Shown in pieces: positions 1 to 7,876 of a stretch of DNA of 18,937 nt. The stretch's first letter is position 1, and each line of letters starts with the position of its first letter. This DNA comes from a virus. Taxonomy: Duplodnaviria > Heunggongvirae > Uroviricota > Caudoviricetes. Below the pieces are notes generated by a model that worked only from the letters and a program-made list of their open reading frames with translations, did not search any database and was not told where the DNA came from. The stretch is from positions 1 to 18,937 of IMG/VR virus record IMGVR_UViG_2547132278_000005. One strand, 5' to 3'. A program made the translations under genes and the position numbers.

Positions 1-293
1 TTGCGCACGTATTCGGTGAACGCACTATGGCGACGCTGGGGCGTCTTATGAGCCTGCTGTCACCCTTTGACGTGGTGATATGGATGACGGATGGCTGGCC
101 GCTGTATGAATCCCGCCTGAAGGGAAAGCTGCACGTAATCAGCAAGCGATATACGCAGCGAATTGAGCGGCATAACCTGAATCTGAGGCAGCACCTGGCA
201 CGGCTGGGACGGAAGTCGCTGTCGTTCTCAAAATCGGTGGAGCTGCATGACAAAGTCATCGGGCATTATCTGAACATAAAACACTATCAATAA
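1..293 (+). CDS. insB: IS1 transposase InsB, C-terminal part (5' end outside window)
   Basis: ORF 27-293 extended in frame to the window start; recognised IS1 InsB sequence; stop TAA at 291-293. Confidence 0.9.
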   Translation, partial: AHVFGERTMATLGRLMSLLSPFDVVIWMTDGWPLYESRLKGKLHVISKRYTQRIERHNLNLRQHLARLGRKSLSFSKSVELHDKVIGHYLNIKHYQ

Positions 294-308
294 GTTGGAG
301 TCATTACC
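286..308 (+). repeat. IS1 right terminal inverted repeat (23 bp)
   Basis: ATCAATAAGTTGGAGTCATTACC is the reverse complement of the IS1 terminal GGTAATGACTCCAACTTATTGAT. Confidence 0.85.
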
Positions 309-851
309 CGGGACACCGATCAGATTACCCACCAGTAAGGCCTGATAATTGATTAAAGTCCCGAGGTTAAAAGGCATGACACCGACCAGATTTTCTCTGC
401 TCGCCAGTAATCCTACAAATGCAGCAAACTGGAAAAGTATCAGAAACAGCGTTGCAGGAAACACAATCTGCCAGAATATACGCTGGGAAATTAAACGGGT
501 ATCACCATGTGAAACGTTGTTACGCCGGGGAGTAAAGACCCTGTAACCGCCCCAACAGAGAATGATAATGATAATAAAATTAGCCGTTAATGAGAGCGTT
601 TCGTAAAAACCCAGCTCTGCATATTTGCGGACAAAAATCCCTAAGGTGATCCCTGGCAATGCCGCCCAGCTGAAAAACATCATCATGCTGATCATCAGTG
701 CCAAAGGCAGATAAAAGAGAAAAACCTCACCGGAAGAAATATGCGCGAAAGTATTAATGTGGGCGAAAATGGGCAAGATTAAAGAAGGTAGGAACAGCGG
801 AAGCCCCCACCATTTATCACGTATTTTTATATAAGTTGCATTCAGTTTCAT
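309..851 (-). pseudogene. Polytopic inner-membrane protein gene truncated at its 3' end by the IS1 insertion (about 181 native codons remain)
   Basis: ORF 228-851 (minus) encodes about six hydrophobic helices; the reading frame runs into IS1 at 308/309 and the last ~26 residues are read from IS1 DNA. Identity of the protein not recognised. Confidence 0.6.
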
Positions 852-1202
852 AGATGCTCAGCAGAATCCCCCACATCCTGAAGGAGGTGTATTCAGACAG
901 GCATCCCACCTGACTTCGAATGATGATTATTCATCACTATAGAGAGCATTGATTCTAAGTGTCATATGAAAGTTCCAATTGATATATATCAAACAAAATA
1001 ACCCTGATTAATGAATTATTACGTTTATCATGTTAATTCATCATTATTACATCATCATTGTAAATAATTAAATTAACTTCCATAACATTAAAATATGTAT
1101 CCACTGACGCTTTTTTACATAACGAAGAATTGACCATTTTGTCCTGTTGTGCCTTAATGTAAGTACCGTCCACAGCGTGGGACATACTTCAAGGAACCTT
1201 TT

Positions 1203-1394
1203 GTGAGTCAGGCAACCAGTATGCGAAAACGACACCGATTTAACAGTCGCATGACCCGTATCGTACTGCTCATCAGCTTTATCTTCTTCTTTGGCCGTTT
1301 TATCTACTCGTCCGTCGGTGCCTGGCAGCACCATCAGAGCAAAAAAGAAGCTCAGCAATCCACACTCTCCGTCGAATCACCGGTACAACGTTAG
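1203..1394 (+). CDS. Hypothetical small single-TM protein (63 aa) in AT-rich spacer; speculative
   Basis: GTG start with AAGGA 7 nt upstream; basic N-terminus followed by one hydrophobic helix (IVLLISFIFFFGRFIY). No homology recognised; an antisense ORF overlaps it. Confidence 0.25.
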   Translation: MSQATSMRKRHRFNSRMTRIVLLISFIFFFGRFIYSSVGAWQHHQSKKEAQQSTLSVESPVQR

Positions 1395-1707
1395 CGGTTA
1401 CCTTCTCCACTTTCACAGAACATAACGGCACTTCGCTGTCGGATGCTTTTGCTGTTTGGGATTATCAAAGCGGCAGATATTCTTTCATCTTAAATTTTAC
1501 GTCTTTATCCTGACTGATGTTTATCCTGTTTGGCTGCGAAATAAATATAAAATTAATATATATGTTGTAATGATATATTTTTATAAATTATTCCCTGCGT
1601 GAATTTTAATAAATTTAATCTATCCCTTTATACGCAATACATTTACTTTCCTCTTTTGATGATCTTAAATGTCTTATTTTTCGTAATGTGTATAACAAGG
1701 AATAGTG

Positions 1708-2223
1708 ATGAAATTTAAAAAATGTCTTCTGCCTGTGGCAATGTTAGCGTCATTCACTCTGGCAGGATGCCAGTCAAATGCTGACGATCATGCTGCCGAT
1801 GTTTATCAAACCGATCAACTGAATACCAAACAAGAAACTAAAACCGTTAATATTATTTCCATTCTTCCCGCAAAAGTTGCCGTAGACAACTCCCAAAATA
1901 AACGGAACGCACAAGCCTTCGGCGCGCTTATTGGCGCAGTCGCTGGCGGTGTTATCGGCCACAACGTCGGGTCTGGCAGCAATTCCGGAACGACGGCAGG
2001 TGCAGTTGGCGGCGGAGCTGTAGGCGCGGCAGCGGGTTCTATGGTGAATGATAAAACCTTAGTGGAAGGTGTTTCTTTAACCTATAAGGAAGGCACCAAA
2101 GTGTATACCTCTACCCAGGTGGGTAAAGAGTGCCAGTTTACGACAGGTTTAGCCGTTGTTATTACCACGACGTATAACGAAACGCGTATTCAGCCAAATA
2201 CCAAATGTCCTGAAAAGAGCTAA
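1708..2223 (+). CDS. Outer-membrane lipoprotein with glycine-zipper region (YcfJ/SlyB/Pcp-like)
   Basis: Signal peptide with lipobox LAGC; Gly/Ala-rich stretch GALIGAVAGGVIGHNVGSGSNSGTTAGAVGGGAVGAAAG resembling YcfJ-type glycine zippers; ATG at 1708 with AAGGA SD (the ORF track starts at the GTG at 1705). Confidence 0.8.
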   Translation: MKFKKCLLPVAMLASFTLAGCQSNADDHAADVYQTDQLNTKQETKTVNIISILPAKVAVDNSQNKRNAQAFGALIGAVAGGVIGHNVGSGSNSGTTAGAVGGGAVGAAAGSMVNDKTLVEGVSLTYKEGTKVYTSTQVGKECQFTTGLAVVITTTYNETRIQPNTKCPEKS

Positions 2224-2238
2224 TAATCAGGAGGAGTC

Positions 2239-2778
2239 ATGAAGAAAGTTTTTCTTTGCGCCATCTTAGCCTCCTTAAGCTATCCGGCTATCGCCTCATC
2301 ATTGCAGGATCAACTCTCTGCTGTCGCAGAAGCGGAACAGCAAGGTAAAAATGAAGAGCAAAGGCAGCATGACGAATGGGTCGCGGAGCGCAACAGGGAA
2401 ATCCAGCAAGAGAAGCAACGTCGCGCAAATGCCCAGGCCGCCGCTAACAAAAGAGCGGCAACGGCAGCGGCAAATAAGAAAGCTCGTCAGGATAAACTGG
2501 ACGCCGAAGCCACTGCGGACAAAAAACGCGATCAAAGTTATGAAGATGAGCTACGCAGCTTAGAGATTCAGAAACAAAAACTGGCGCTGGCGAAAGAAGA
2601 AGCCCGCGTTAAGCGCGAAAACGAATTTATCGATCAGGAACTGAAGCACAAAGCTGCGCAAACCGATGTGGTGCAATCTGAAGCTGACGCCAACAGAAAT
2701 ATGACTGAAGGCGGTCGCGATCTGATGAAAAGCGTGGGCAAAGCAGAAGAGAACAAATCGGAAAGCTGGTTTAATTAA
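2239..2778 (+). CDS. Secreted/periplasmic charged coiled-coil protein
   Basis: Strong SD GGAGGAG; N-terminal signal peptide (MKKVFLCAILASLSYPAIA); remainder highly charged and Ala/Lys/Glu/Gln-rich, predicted helical. Confidence 0.75.
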   Translation: MKKVFLCAILASLSYPAIASSLQDQLSAVAEAEQQGKNEEQRQHDEWVAERNREIQQEKQRRANAQAAANKRAATAAANKKARQDKLDAEATADKKRDQSYEDELRSLEIQKQKLALAKEEARVKRENEFIDQELKHKAAQTDVVQSEADANRNMTEGGRDLMKSVGKAEENKSESWFN

Positions 2779-2816
2779 TCGATGTTAGTAACTTCAAGCC
2801 TATGATTCTTGAAGAT

Positions 2817-2849
2817 AAAAAACCCTCTGTAGTAACAGAGGGTTTTGTT
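2817..2849. terminator. Bidirectional rho-independent terminator between convergent genes
   Basis: AAAAA-CCCTCTG-tagtaa-CAGAGGG-TTTTGTT: 7-bp GC-rich stem flanked by an A-run and a T-run, lying between the 2239-2778 gene (+) and Rz (-). Confidence 0.7.
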
Positions 2850-2995
2850 CATTCATAGTGCAGGGTCAAATCATTCCCACTCAATTATTTACGGACACCA
2901 TAACCAATTGAGTAATAACATTTTTCCAAAGATGAATTTTTCCCATACCGTTTTATATACCGTCACCGGAAATCAGTACCATGAAAAATGCCATG

Positions 2996-3478
2996 CTATC
3001 TGGTCAGGGTGTCGTACTGTTTTTCGCAGACTCTTCCGGCTTCGGCTGCCCGGTCAGCATACTCTGCCAGTTGTCTGTTTCTCTCGAGAGATTTGCTGAG
3101 CACGTCGGCAAGCAAAACTCCGGTGTCTGCGGCTGACGACCCAGCGCCGACAATGGCGTTATAGTGCCTGAGCTGCTCACGGATGGCAACGAGCTGTTGC
3201 TGCAACCGGCCAGCGCGAGCGGCAGCATCAAGAGCATCATTGCGCGCCTGGTCGATCCTCTGCTGCGATTCACGTTCATTGATCGCTTTCTCCTGTTCGT
3301 AGTGCTGACGAACTCTCTCATCTTCAGTTTTGCGGTCTTCTTTCGCCTGAGCATACCCGGCGTCGTACTGACGACTGCCGTGCACATTCCAGGCTACAAC
3401 TCCTGATATGACCAGAACAGCAAGCATCGCCATGATAACCAACTGTTTTCTGTATGCTTTTACGAATGCCCAGATCAT
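2996..3478 (-). CDS. Rz-like i-spanin (inner-membrane spanin subunit)
   Basis: N-terminal TM helix, charged coiled-coil periplasmic domain; start overlaps the endolysin stop (ATGA); last gene of the lysis cassette. Confidence 0.8.
   Translation of the reverse strand: MIWAFVKAYRKQLVIMAMLAVLVISGVVAWNVHGSRQYDAGYAQAKEDRKTEDERVRQHYEQEKAINERESQQRIDQARNDALDAAARAGRLQQQLVAIREQLRHYNAIVGAGSSAADTGVLLADVLSKSLERNRQLAEYADRAAEAGRVCEKQYDTLTR
3004..3240 (-). CDS. Rz1-like o-spanin lipoprotein embedded in the +1 frame of Rz
   Basis: Internal ATG of ORF 3004-3387 gives [17 protein letters not shown]... with lipobox LAGC and a Pro/Ser-rich mature part, fully inside Rz. Exact start (3240 vs 3237) uncertain. Confidence 0.6.
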   Translation of the reverse strand: MMLLMLPLALAGCSNSSLPSVSSSGTITPLSALGRQPQTPEFCLPTCSANLSRETDNWQSMLTGQPKPEESAKNSTTP

Positions 3479-4104
3479 ACCGTCAGTACCTTACTGGCAG
3501 TGATGTACCGCGCGCGCCGGTCGTCGATGCCGTTCCTGCCACCATTGATAATCATAGTTACACGTACAATATCTCCGGTATACTTCATGCAGCCTTTGCA
3601 GGAGAAGAACCAGGCCGCGCTACGAGCCGCGTATTCGTCCAGTGCCAGCAGTTCAGGATTCTCCAGCAGGTCAACTTTCAGACCGTTTCCACAGTCACGA
3701 TAGTTATTCAAGCCGGTAATCTGGATAAGCCCGCGCCCACGGTAATTCCAGCCATCGCCGGGAGCATTGTTACCCATGCGTTTGCTGTATACCAGATTTG
3801 CGATCGCGCGCTGGCGCTCAAGTGGCAATGGTGGTTCACCAGCACGGCGCCCTAGTGCATTAGCCTGTTCCTGGGTGAGGCGTCCAGTCCTGACAAAGCT
3901 CGCCAGTCCGGTAACGCTGTAGTTGAAATTCTCCTGCAACCTAGTGAAGCCCCCAGACTCATGCCCGACTTGAGCAATAAACATTGCCTGATCTTCTGCT
4001 TTGCTGATACCAAACTCTTTCATCGCAGAAGTTATATGCGAGAACCAGCGAGCGGCCAGCACCTCGCTAATACCAGCAGCTCGCTGGAATTGCTTAATCT
4101 CCAT
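3475..4104 (-). CDS. Endolysin, glycoside hydrolase family 19 (chitinase-like lysozyme)
   Basis: GH19 motifs: [12 protein letters not shown] (catalytic Glu, compare plant chitinase AQTSHETTGG), second Glu in LQENFNY, and [15 protein letters not shown] (compare GRGPIQLSWNYNY); SD GAGG; overlaps flanking genes. Confidence 0.9.
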   Translation of the reverse strand: MEIKQFQRAAGISEVLAARWFSHITSAMKEFGISKAEDQAMFIAQVGHESGGFTRLQENFNYSVTGLASFVRTGRLTQEQANALGRRAGEPPLPLERQRAIANLVYSKRMGNNAPGDGWNYRGRGLIQITGLNNYRDCGNGLKVDLLENPELLALDEYAARSAAWFFSCKGCMKYTGDIVRVTMIINGGRNGIDDRRARYITASKVLTV

Positions 4105-4402
4105 GTTTAGACCTCGTTATTTTGAAAATCTGAACGACGTTACCGCGCGTTTTAATAACCGCAGCAAGCATGACAGCGTTGATAATGACCTCTGATAAAT
4201 CCACAGCCATTGGCGTGCGTAACCAGATTGCATAAACGACACGAACTGGAATACTGGCCGCAGCAACAATCAGGAAATAAGCAAGCCACCCTCCCCATCT
4301 TCGGTGTTGAGATCCGTTACGCCGGAATGTGACAACGCGAATTGCTATACCAGTACAAATGACTGCATTAGTGATAAGCAAAAAAAACTCATGCGTTACC
4401 AT
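4094..4402 (-). CDS. Holin/antiholin-like small membrane protein (3 predicted TM helices)
   Basis: 102 aa, three hydrophobic segments, basic C-terminus; SD GGGGAG; overlaps the upstream membrane gene and the endolysin start, so sits immediately before the endolysin. Confidence 0.6.
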   Translation of the reverse strand: MVTHEFFLLITNAVICTGIAIRVVTFRRNGSQHRRWGGWLAYFLIVAAASIPVRVVYAIWLRTPMAVDLSEVIINAVMLAAVIKTRGNVVQIFKITRSKHGD

Positions 4403-4793
4403 CGTCTTTTCTCCCCGGAATTAACTCGCGTGGATTATCTGAACGGTGATAGAGCCATATGCCAATACGCACAGCCACAATTGCTGAAACAAATGCACCA
4501 ACAGAAAAGGCCACTCCGCCTTCAAAAGAATCCTGTGTAATCGTTGGAATTAAGCTGGCTACTCCTATTAGGATTGACGAAGTTGGTTTGTAGAAGAGCA
4601 ATCCACAAAGGAAACTAAGCATGGACAAAAGAACTCTGCGACGAACTGGATACTCTACGGCAGAGGTAATGAAAATTACCGCCCCAGATAAAGAACCTAA
4701 TGCAACCTCTGGTGGCACACCTGCAATAAAAGCAATCAGGCCACCAACGCCAATTGATTGATTTAATTGGTAATTTGTAAATACACCAGACAT
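4389..4793 (-). CDS. Holin-like membrane protein (4 predicted TM helices)
   Basis: Four hydrophobic helices and a charged C-terminus ([19 protein letters not shown]); ATG at 4793 preceded by GGTGG (the ORF track starts at the GTG at 4802, which has no SD). Confidence 0.55.
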   Translation of the reverse strand: MSGVFTNYQLNQSIGVGGLIAFIAGVPPEVALGSLSGAVIFITSAVEYPVRRRVLLSMLSFLCGLLFYKPTSSILIGVASLIPTITQDSFEGGVAFSVGAFVSAIVAVRIGIWLYHRSDNPRELIPGRKDDGNA

Positions 4794-4850
4794 TTCAACC
4801 ACCCGTTAACATACATAAAAACCTCGTTAATCAAAAATAGAAACACATAA

Positions 4851-4886
4851 ATTAATAAAACCACCCGTTATGCGGGTGGTTTTATT
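4851..4886. terminator. Rho-independent terminator after the tailspike gene (functional on minus strand, possibly bidirectional)
   Basis: AAAA-CCACCCG-ttatg-CGGGTGG-TTTTATTT; on the minus strand the stem is followed by TTTTATTAAT. Confidence 0.7.
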
Positions 4887-4901
4887 TCATCCACTTACTT
4901 C

Positions 4902-7400
4902 TTATATGGCTACCATGGCTGTAGAGCCAGAGCCATAGGCACTTGATTCTAACTCGAGAGTGTAATATCCATTCTTAGTACCACCATCAACTCCTGACCA
5001 ATCAAATGATAATGAAATCCAGTAACCACTTTCACTAGGATCTTGCACAAGATTGTCACCCATACCCCTTATACGCCTAATAGGTTGATTAGGGCCGACA
5101 GAATCAACTTCATATATATCTGTCATATTTCGTCCTATCTGTCTGGCTGTGATAACAGGCCAAGAGCCACTATAATTTAATATAGTAACAAGGAATTGAG
5201 TGTCATTGTTTATCTTGGAAAGTATAGCTTCAATATACCCATTACCATGCGTTCCTCCTTTTGAGTTTATGCGTAGCTTTGCTATCCCAGTGTCAAACAT
5301 ATTTAGTCTGTTATCAAACGTTCTTGGATGCAGATCAGCTGGAAGAGGCAATCGAATAGAAGATAAAGTATATGGGGATGGTGTATCTTCTGGATTACCT
5401 ATGATCATATTTGGTAATCTTACTACAATTGATTCTCTAACCCCTTTTTGAATACCAGTTACCGGTTGGGATAAATGAACATGGACTGGGCGTATAGTAA
5501 TCCCCTGAATACTTGCATATCCTGTTGTTGTACCATTAAGATTATTAAATATAGCTATAGTTTTCCACCCTCTCCCCACTAAATTAGCAGCTCGTTTGGG
5601 AATTGTATCAAGTTTATGATTATGTCTATTTCTTAAAAAACGACCTGTTGATTGCTGAGCATATAAATTATGCCATAAGCTAGAACGTTGTGTTGAATAT
5701 GGATATATATCAACTGCTCCGGCATACCATCCATCAGTGACAATTGATATCTGATTATCATCCCAATAACCAATTACATCTACCTCAGCAGCCTCAGCAT
5801 CAAGATAAAAACTAAATGTTGCCATTGCTGCTGTATTAATGGGAAAGCCACCAAGAATACCTTGTAAAGTTGAAGCTCTTTGATTATAAACATTCACTAA
5901 GTTTGAATATACATCATAAAATCCGACTTGATCAGATTGTTTTCCAGGCCATGTATGCACTTCAGATGATATTGGTCTGTTACCCTGAAGTAACCCTCCA
6001 CCCAAAAGCATGGATACCATTGCCTCTCCTAAAATAGCATATCCTTTACTATTAAAGTGAACAGGGTCGCTTTGAATAGAACCATACTGTCTATTATAAG
6101 CAATTTCATGGGCAGGAAAATAAGCACATCCATAAACTGATGCAAGATTTCTTATTGACTCTCCCCACATTTGCCAAAGAGGATCCCCTTCCCCATTACC
6201 ACCGCTGGCAGGACTACAAAGTACAACCCCCATCCCCCAGTCAATAAGCTTACGAATAAATAACTCCATATTTTTCATATATGTATCGTAAGTCTGGCTA
6301 TCAGTATTAGCGGAGTCGTTAATTGCATACATTAAAAATGCTATATCGCAATTTGGATTAGACTGCCAATCAGGTTCATTATAAGCACGGTACGCTGTAT
6401 AACCTGATTTTGCTCGAACAGTTATTGTTACCGGGCAGCCAGACAATATTGGAAGTGCGTTCTTTATAGCCTTTGGATATGTCATTGTTGCATGGCGATA
6501 ATTATCACCAACGCAAACATCATCATCTTCTGGAGCGATAGTATCGGATGTATTAACATCATATCCAGCCGTTATTGAGTCCCCCTGACACAATATTTTT
6601 ATCCCTATTTTTTTTCGTAACTTATAATGAGCTAACGTAAGGTTTCTGATATTTTTTGAACGGTATTCTGCACTATCAAGAGATATCAACCACTCTTGAA
6701 TATTACGATTATCCGATGTATTAATAATGCTGGCACCTGTTGGCTTTGCCAACTCAATAAGTACATCAGATGCTGAACCAGATTCAGGAAGGACCATTAT
6801 CGGATTTCCAGAGTCATCCATAGCAACAATCTTATTCTTACGCTGCTCAATTCCCGGCAAAGCTGGTATAGGTTCAGGGGTTCGTAGCGTTCTGATCTGG
6901 TTTGTTTCAGAAACTCCATCAACATAATTTTTAGTCGCCGCATCTTGAGCGCGTGACGGTTCACGAAGATTGCGAATGTAGTTTCCCTGTGCATCATAAT
7001 AGTTAGCCACAAACGACGGCTTGCGTAACGCCAGGCTAAACCAGCTACGAACCTGCTGAATCAACATCGTTATTTTATCAAAAGCATTCTCATGCACTTC
7101 TGCAAAAAACTTTCCCTGATTACGCAGATCCATTTCCTGAGTAACAGGAAGCTCACGAGCTATAGATATCTGATGACCTCTAGCCAACGCCTCCGACAGA
7201 ACAACACTGCCGCCGTTGTACCCTCCAGCCCCGGTAACTGTGTAATCAGTATCAAGGGTCAGCACACTGACATTCTCGTTCAGGTCAACAACCTGCACCA
7301 CCAGATCCGATTTATTGAAAATCCTAAAGGTGTAAGGAAATGATGTCGTAACGCCGTTACCTGTGTATTCGTTGTGGTCAACTTCGGTTGAGACCGTCAT
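4902..7400 (-). CDS. Tailspike / receptor-binding protein with T7 gp17-like N-terminal anchor and central SGNH (GDSL) esterase domain
   Basis: 832 aa; N-terminus (YTGNGVTTSFPYTF...LVVQVVD...VLTLDTDYTV) resembles the conserved podovirus tail-fibre anchor; SGNH blocks GDS at 6576-6584 (ILCQGDSITAGYD) and DPVH (catalytic Asp/His) in SDPVHFNSKGY; SD GGAGA. Confidence 0.85.
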   Translation of the reverse strand: MTVSTEVDHNEYTGNGVTTSFPYTFRIFNKSDLVVQVVDLNENVSVLTLDTDYTVTGAGGYNGGSVVLSEALARGHQISIARELPVTQEMDLRNQGKFFAEVHENAFDKITMLIQQVRSWFSLALRKPSFVANYYDAQGNYIRNLREPSRAQDAATKNYVDGVSETNQIRTLRTPEPIPALPGIEQRKNKIVAMDDSGNPIMVLPESGSASDVLIELAKPTGASIINTSDNRNIQEWLISLDSAEYRSKNIRNLTLAHYKLRKKIGIKILCQGDSITAGYDVNTSDTIAPEDDDVCVGDNYRHATMTYPKAIKNALPILSGCPVTITVRAKSGYTAYRAYNEPDWQSNPNCDIAFLMYAINDSANTDSQTYDTYMKNMELFIRKLIDWGMGVVLCSPASGGNGEGDPLWQMWGESIRNLASVYGCAYFPAHEIAYNRQYGSIQSDPVHFNSKGYAILGEAMVSMLLGGGLLQGNRPISSEVHTWPGKQSDQVGFYDVYSNLVNVYNQRASTLQGILGGFPINTAAMATFSFYLDAEAAEVDVIGYWDDNQISIVTDGWYAGAVDIYPYSTQRSSLWHNLYAQQSTGRFLRNRHNHKLDTIPKRAANLVGRGWKTIAIFNNLNGTTTGYASIQGITIRPVHVHLSQPVTGIQKGVRESIVVRLPNMIIGNPEDTPSPYTLSSIRLPLPADLHPRTFDNRLNMFDTGIAKLRINSKGGTHGNGYIEAILSKINNDTQFLVTILNYSGSWPVITARQIGRNMTDIYEVDSVGPNQPIRRIRGMGDNLVQDPSESGYWISLSFDWSGVDGGTKNGYYTLELESSAYGSGSTAMVAI

Positions 7401-7503
7401 GTTAAATCTCCAGATAGTCGCAGCACCCGTTGCGCCGCATATCCGGTTATTCTATTACCTTAAAAACCACATATGGATAGATAACCCATAAATACGAATA
7501 GAT

Positions 7504-7520
7504 ATTACCTTTCGGGTAAT
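7504..7520. promoter_or_regulatory. Operator-like palindrome ATTACC-tttcg-GGTAAT (copy 1 of 4)
   Basis: Perfect 6-bp inverted arms with 5-bp spacer in the divergent region between the tailspike and the LexA-box gene; the same arms recur at 8624, 8717 and 9725. Confidence 0.5.
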
Positions 7521-7556
7521 TTGCAAAACGTGCTGGATAGCAAACAAATTATTTGC

Positions 7557-7576
7557 TACTGTATAAATATACAGTT
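7557..7576 (+). promoter_or_regulatory. LexA (SOS) box
   Basis: TACTGTATAAATATACAGTT against consensus TACTGTATATATATACAGTA (CTGT-N8-ACAG, 18/20), ending 20 bp upstream of the ATG at 7596. Confidence 0.75.
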
Positions 7577-7595
7577 ATTGCATGGAGAAGATAAG

Positions 7596-7853
7596 ATGCA
7601 GCAGTATCACTATCCACTGGAAGACGGATTTACCGAAAGGATTCACACGCCGGGAGGCGTCAGATCACTAGTGGAGGGATCGCACTTGATGAAATTACTC
7701 CGGGATCTCGATAAGGATGGATTTAATGTCGATGGCCCACTTGCCGAACTGACTGCACTGATTAACTACGTCACCAGCTCACAGATGTCTATGCGGGATC
7801 TGCAAACACATCTCGACTATTGTGCCGAACAATTACGAAAACAAACCCGGTAA
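7596..7853 (+). CDS. Small SOS-regulated protein (85 aa), paralog of the C-terminal domain of the AntA-like antirepressor; putative antirepressor module
   Basis: ATG with SD GGAGAAG directly downstream of the LexA box; aligns with residues ~130-210 of the 9004-9660 protein (shared GxxSL.E.S.LM.LL..L..DG..V.G..AELT...Y......RD.QTH..Y). The ORF track starts upstream at 7521, but that extension overlaps the promoter/LexA box. Confidence 0.65.
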   Translation: MQQYHYPLEDGFTERIHTPGGVRSLVEGSHLMKLLRDLDKDGFNVDGPLAELTALINYVTSSQMSMRDLQTHLDYCAEQLRKQTR

Positions 7854-7860
7854 ATTTAAA

Positions 7861-7876
7861 GGCCGCAAGAGCGGCC
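7861..7876. terminator. GC hairpin (GGCCGC-aaga-GCGGCC) between convergent genes, putative bidirectional terminator
   Basis: Perfect 6-bp GC stem flanked by AT-rich sequence on both sides; overlaps the stop of the minus-strand 7876-8604 gene. Confidence 0.5.

Larger units (their letters stand above)
1..308 (+). mobile_element. IS1 insertion sequence, 3' portion (window starts inside the element)
   Basis: Translation of 3-293 is the InsB C-terminus ([36 protein letters not shown]...[15 protein letters not shown]), followed by the canonical IS1 terminal repeat ending ...AAGTTGGAGTCATTACC at 308. Confidence 0.9.

Noticed and set aside
301-340. ATTACC motifs at 303-308 and 327-332 as further copies of the operator palindrome
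   Set aside because: The first is the IS1 terminal repeat and the second has no GGTAA partner at the 5-bp spacing; judged coincidental.
349-546. 65-aa plus-strand ORF antisense to the truncated membrane-protein gene
   Set aside because: Antisense to a gene with clear membrane-protein character; no RBS.
1068-1358. 96-aa minus-strand ORF in the AT-rich spacer
   Set aside because: No RBS; it overlaps the slightly better-supported plus-strand small ORF; composition looks like random AT-rich translation.
2845-4540. ORFs 2845-3099, 3164-3406, 3454-3855, 3500-3703, 4001-4195 and 4304-4540 overlapping the lysis genes
   Set aside because: All are antisense or out of frame relative to Rz, the endolysin or the holin-like genes, which have strong motif or topology support.
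5200-7343. Plus-strand ORFs 5200-5451, 6727-6927 and 7092-7343, and minus-strand ORF 6797-7012, all inside the tailspike gene
   Set aside because: They lie antisense to, or in an alternate frame of, a long well-supported gene; no RBS; typical spurious ORFs.
7521-7595. N-terminal 25-codon extension of ORF 7521-7853 as given in the ORF track
   Set aside because: The extension would be translated across the promoter and LexA box and has no SD; the ATG at 7596 has a good SD, so the shorter CDS was preferred.
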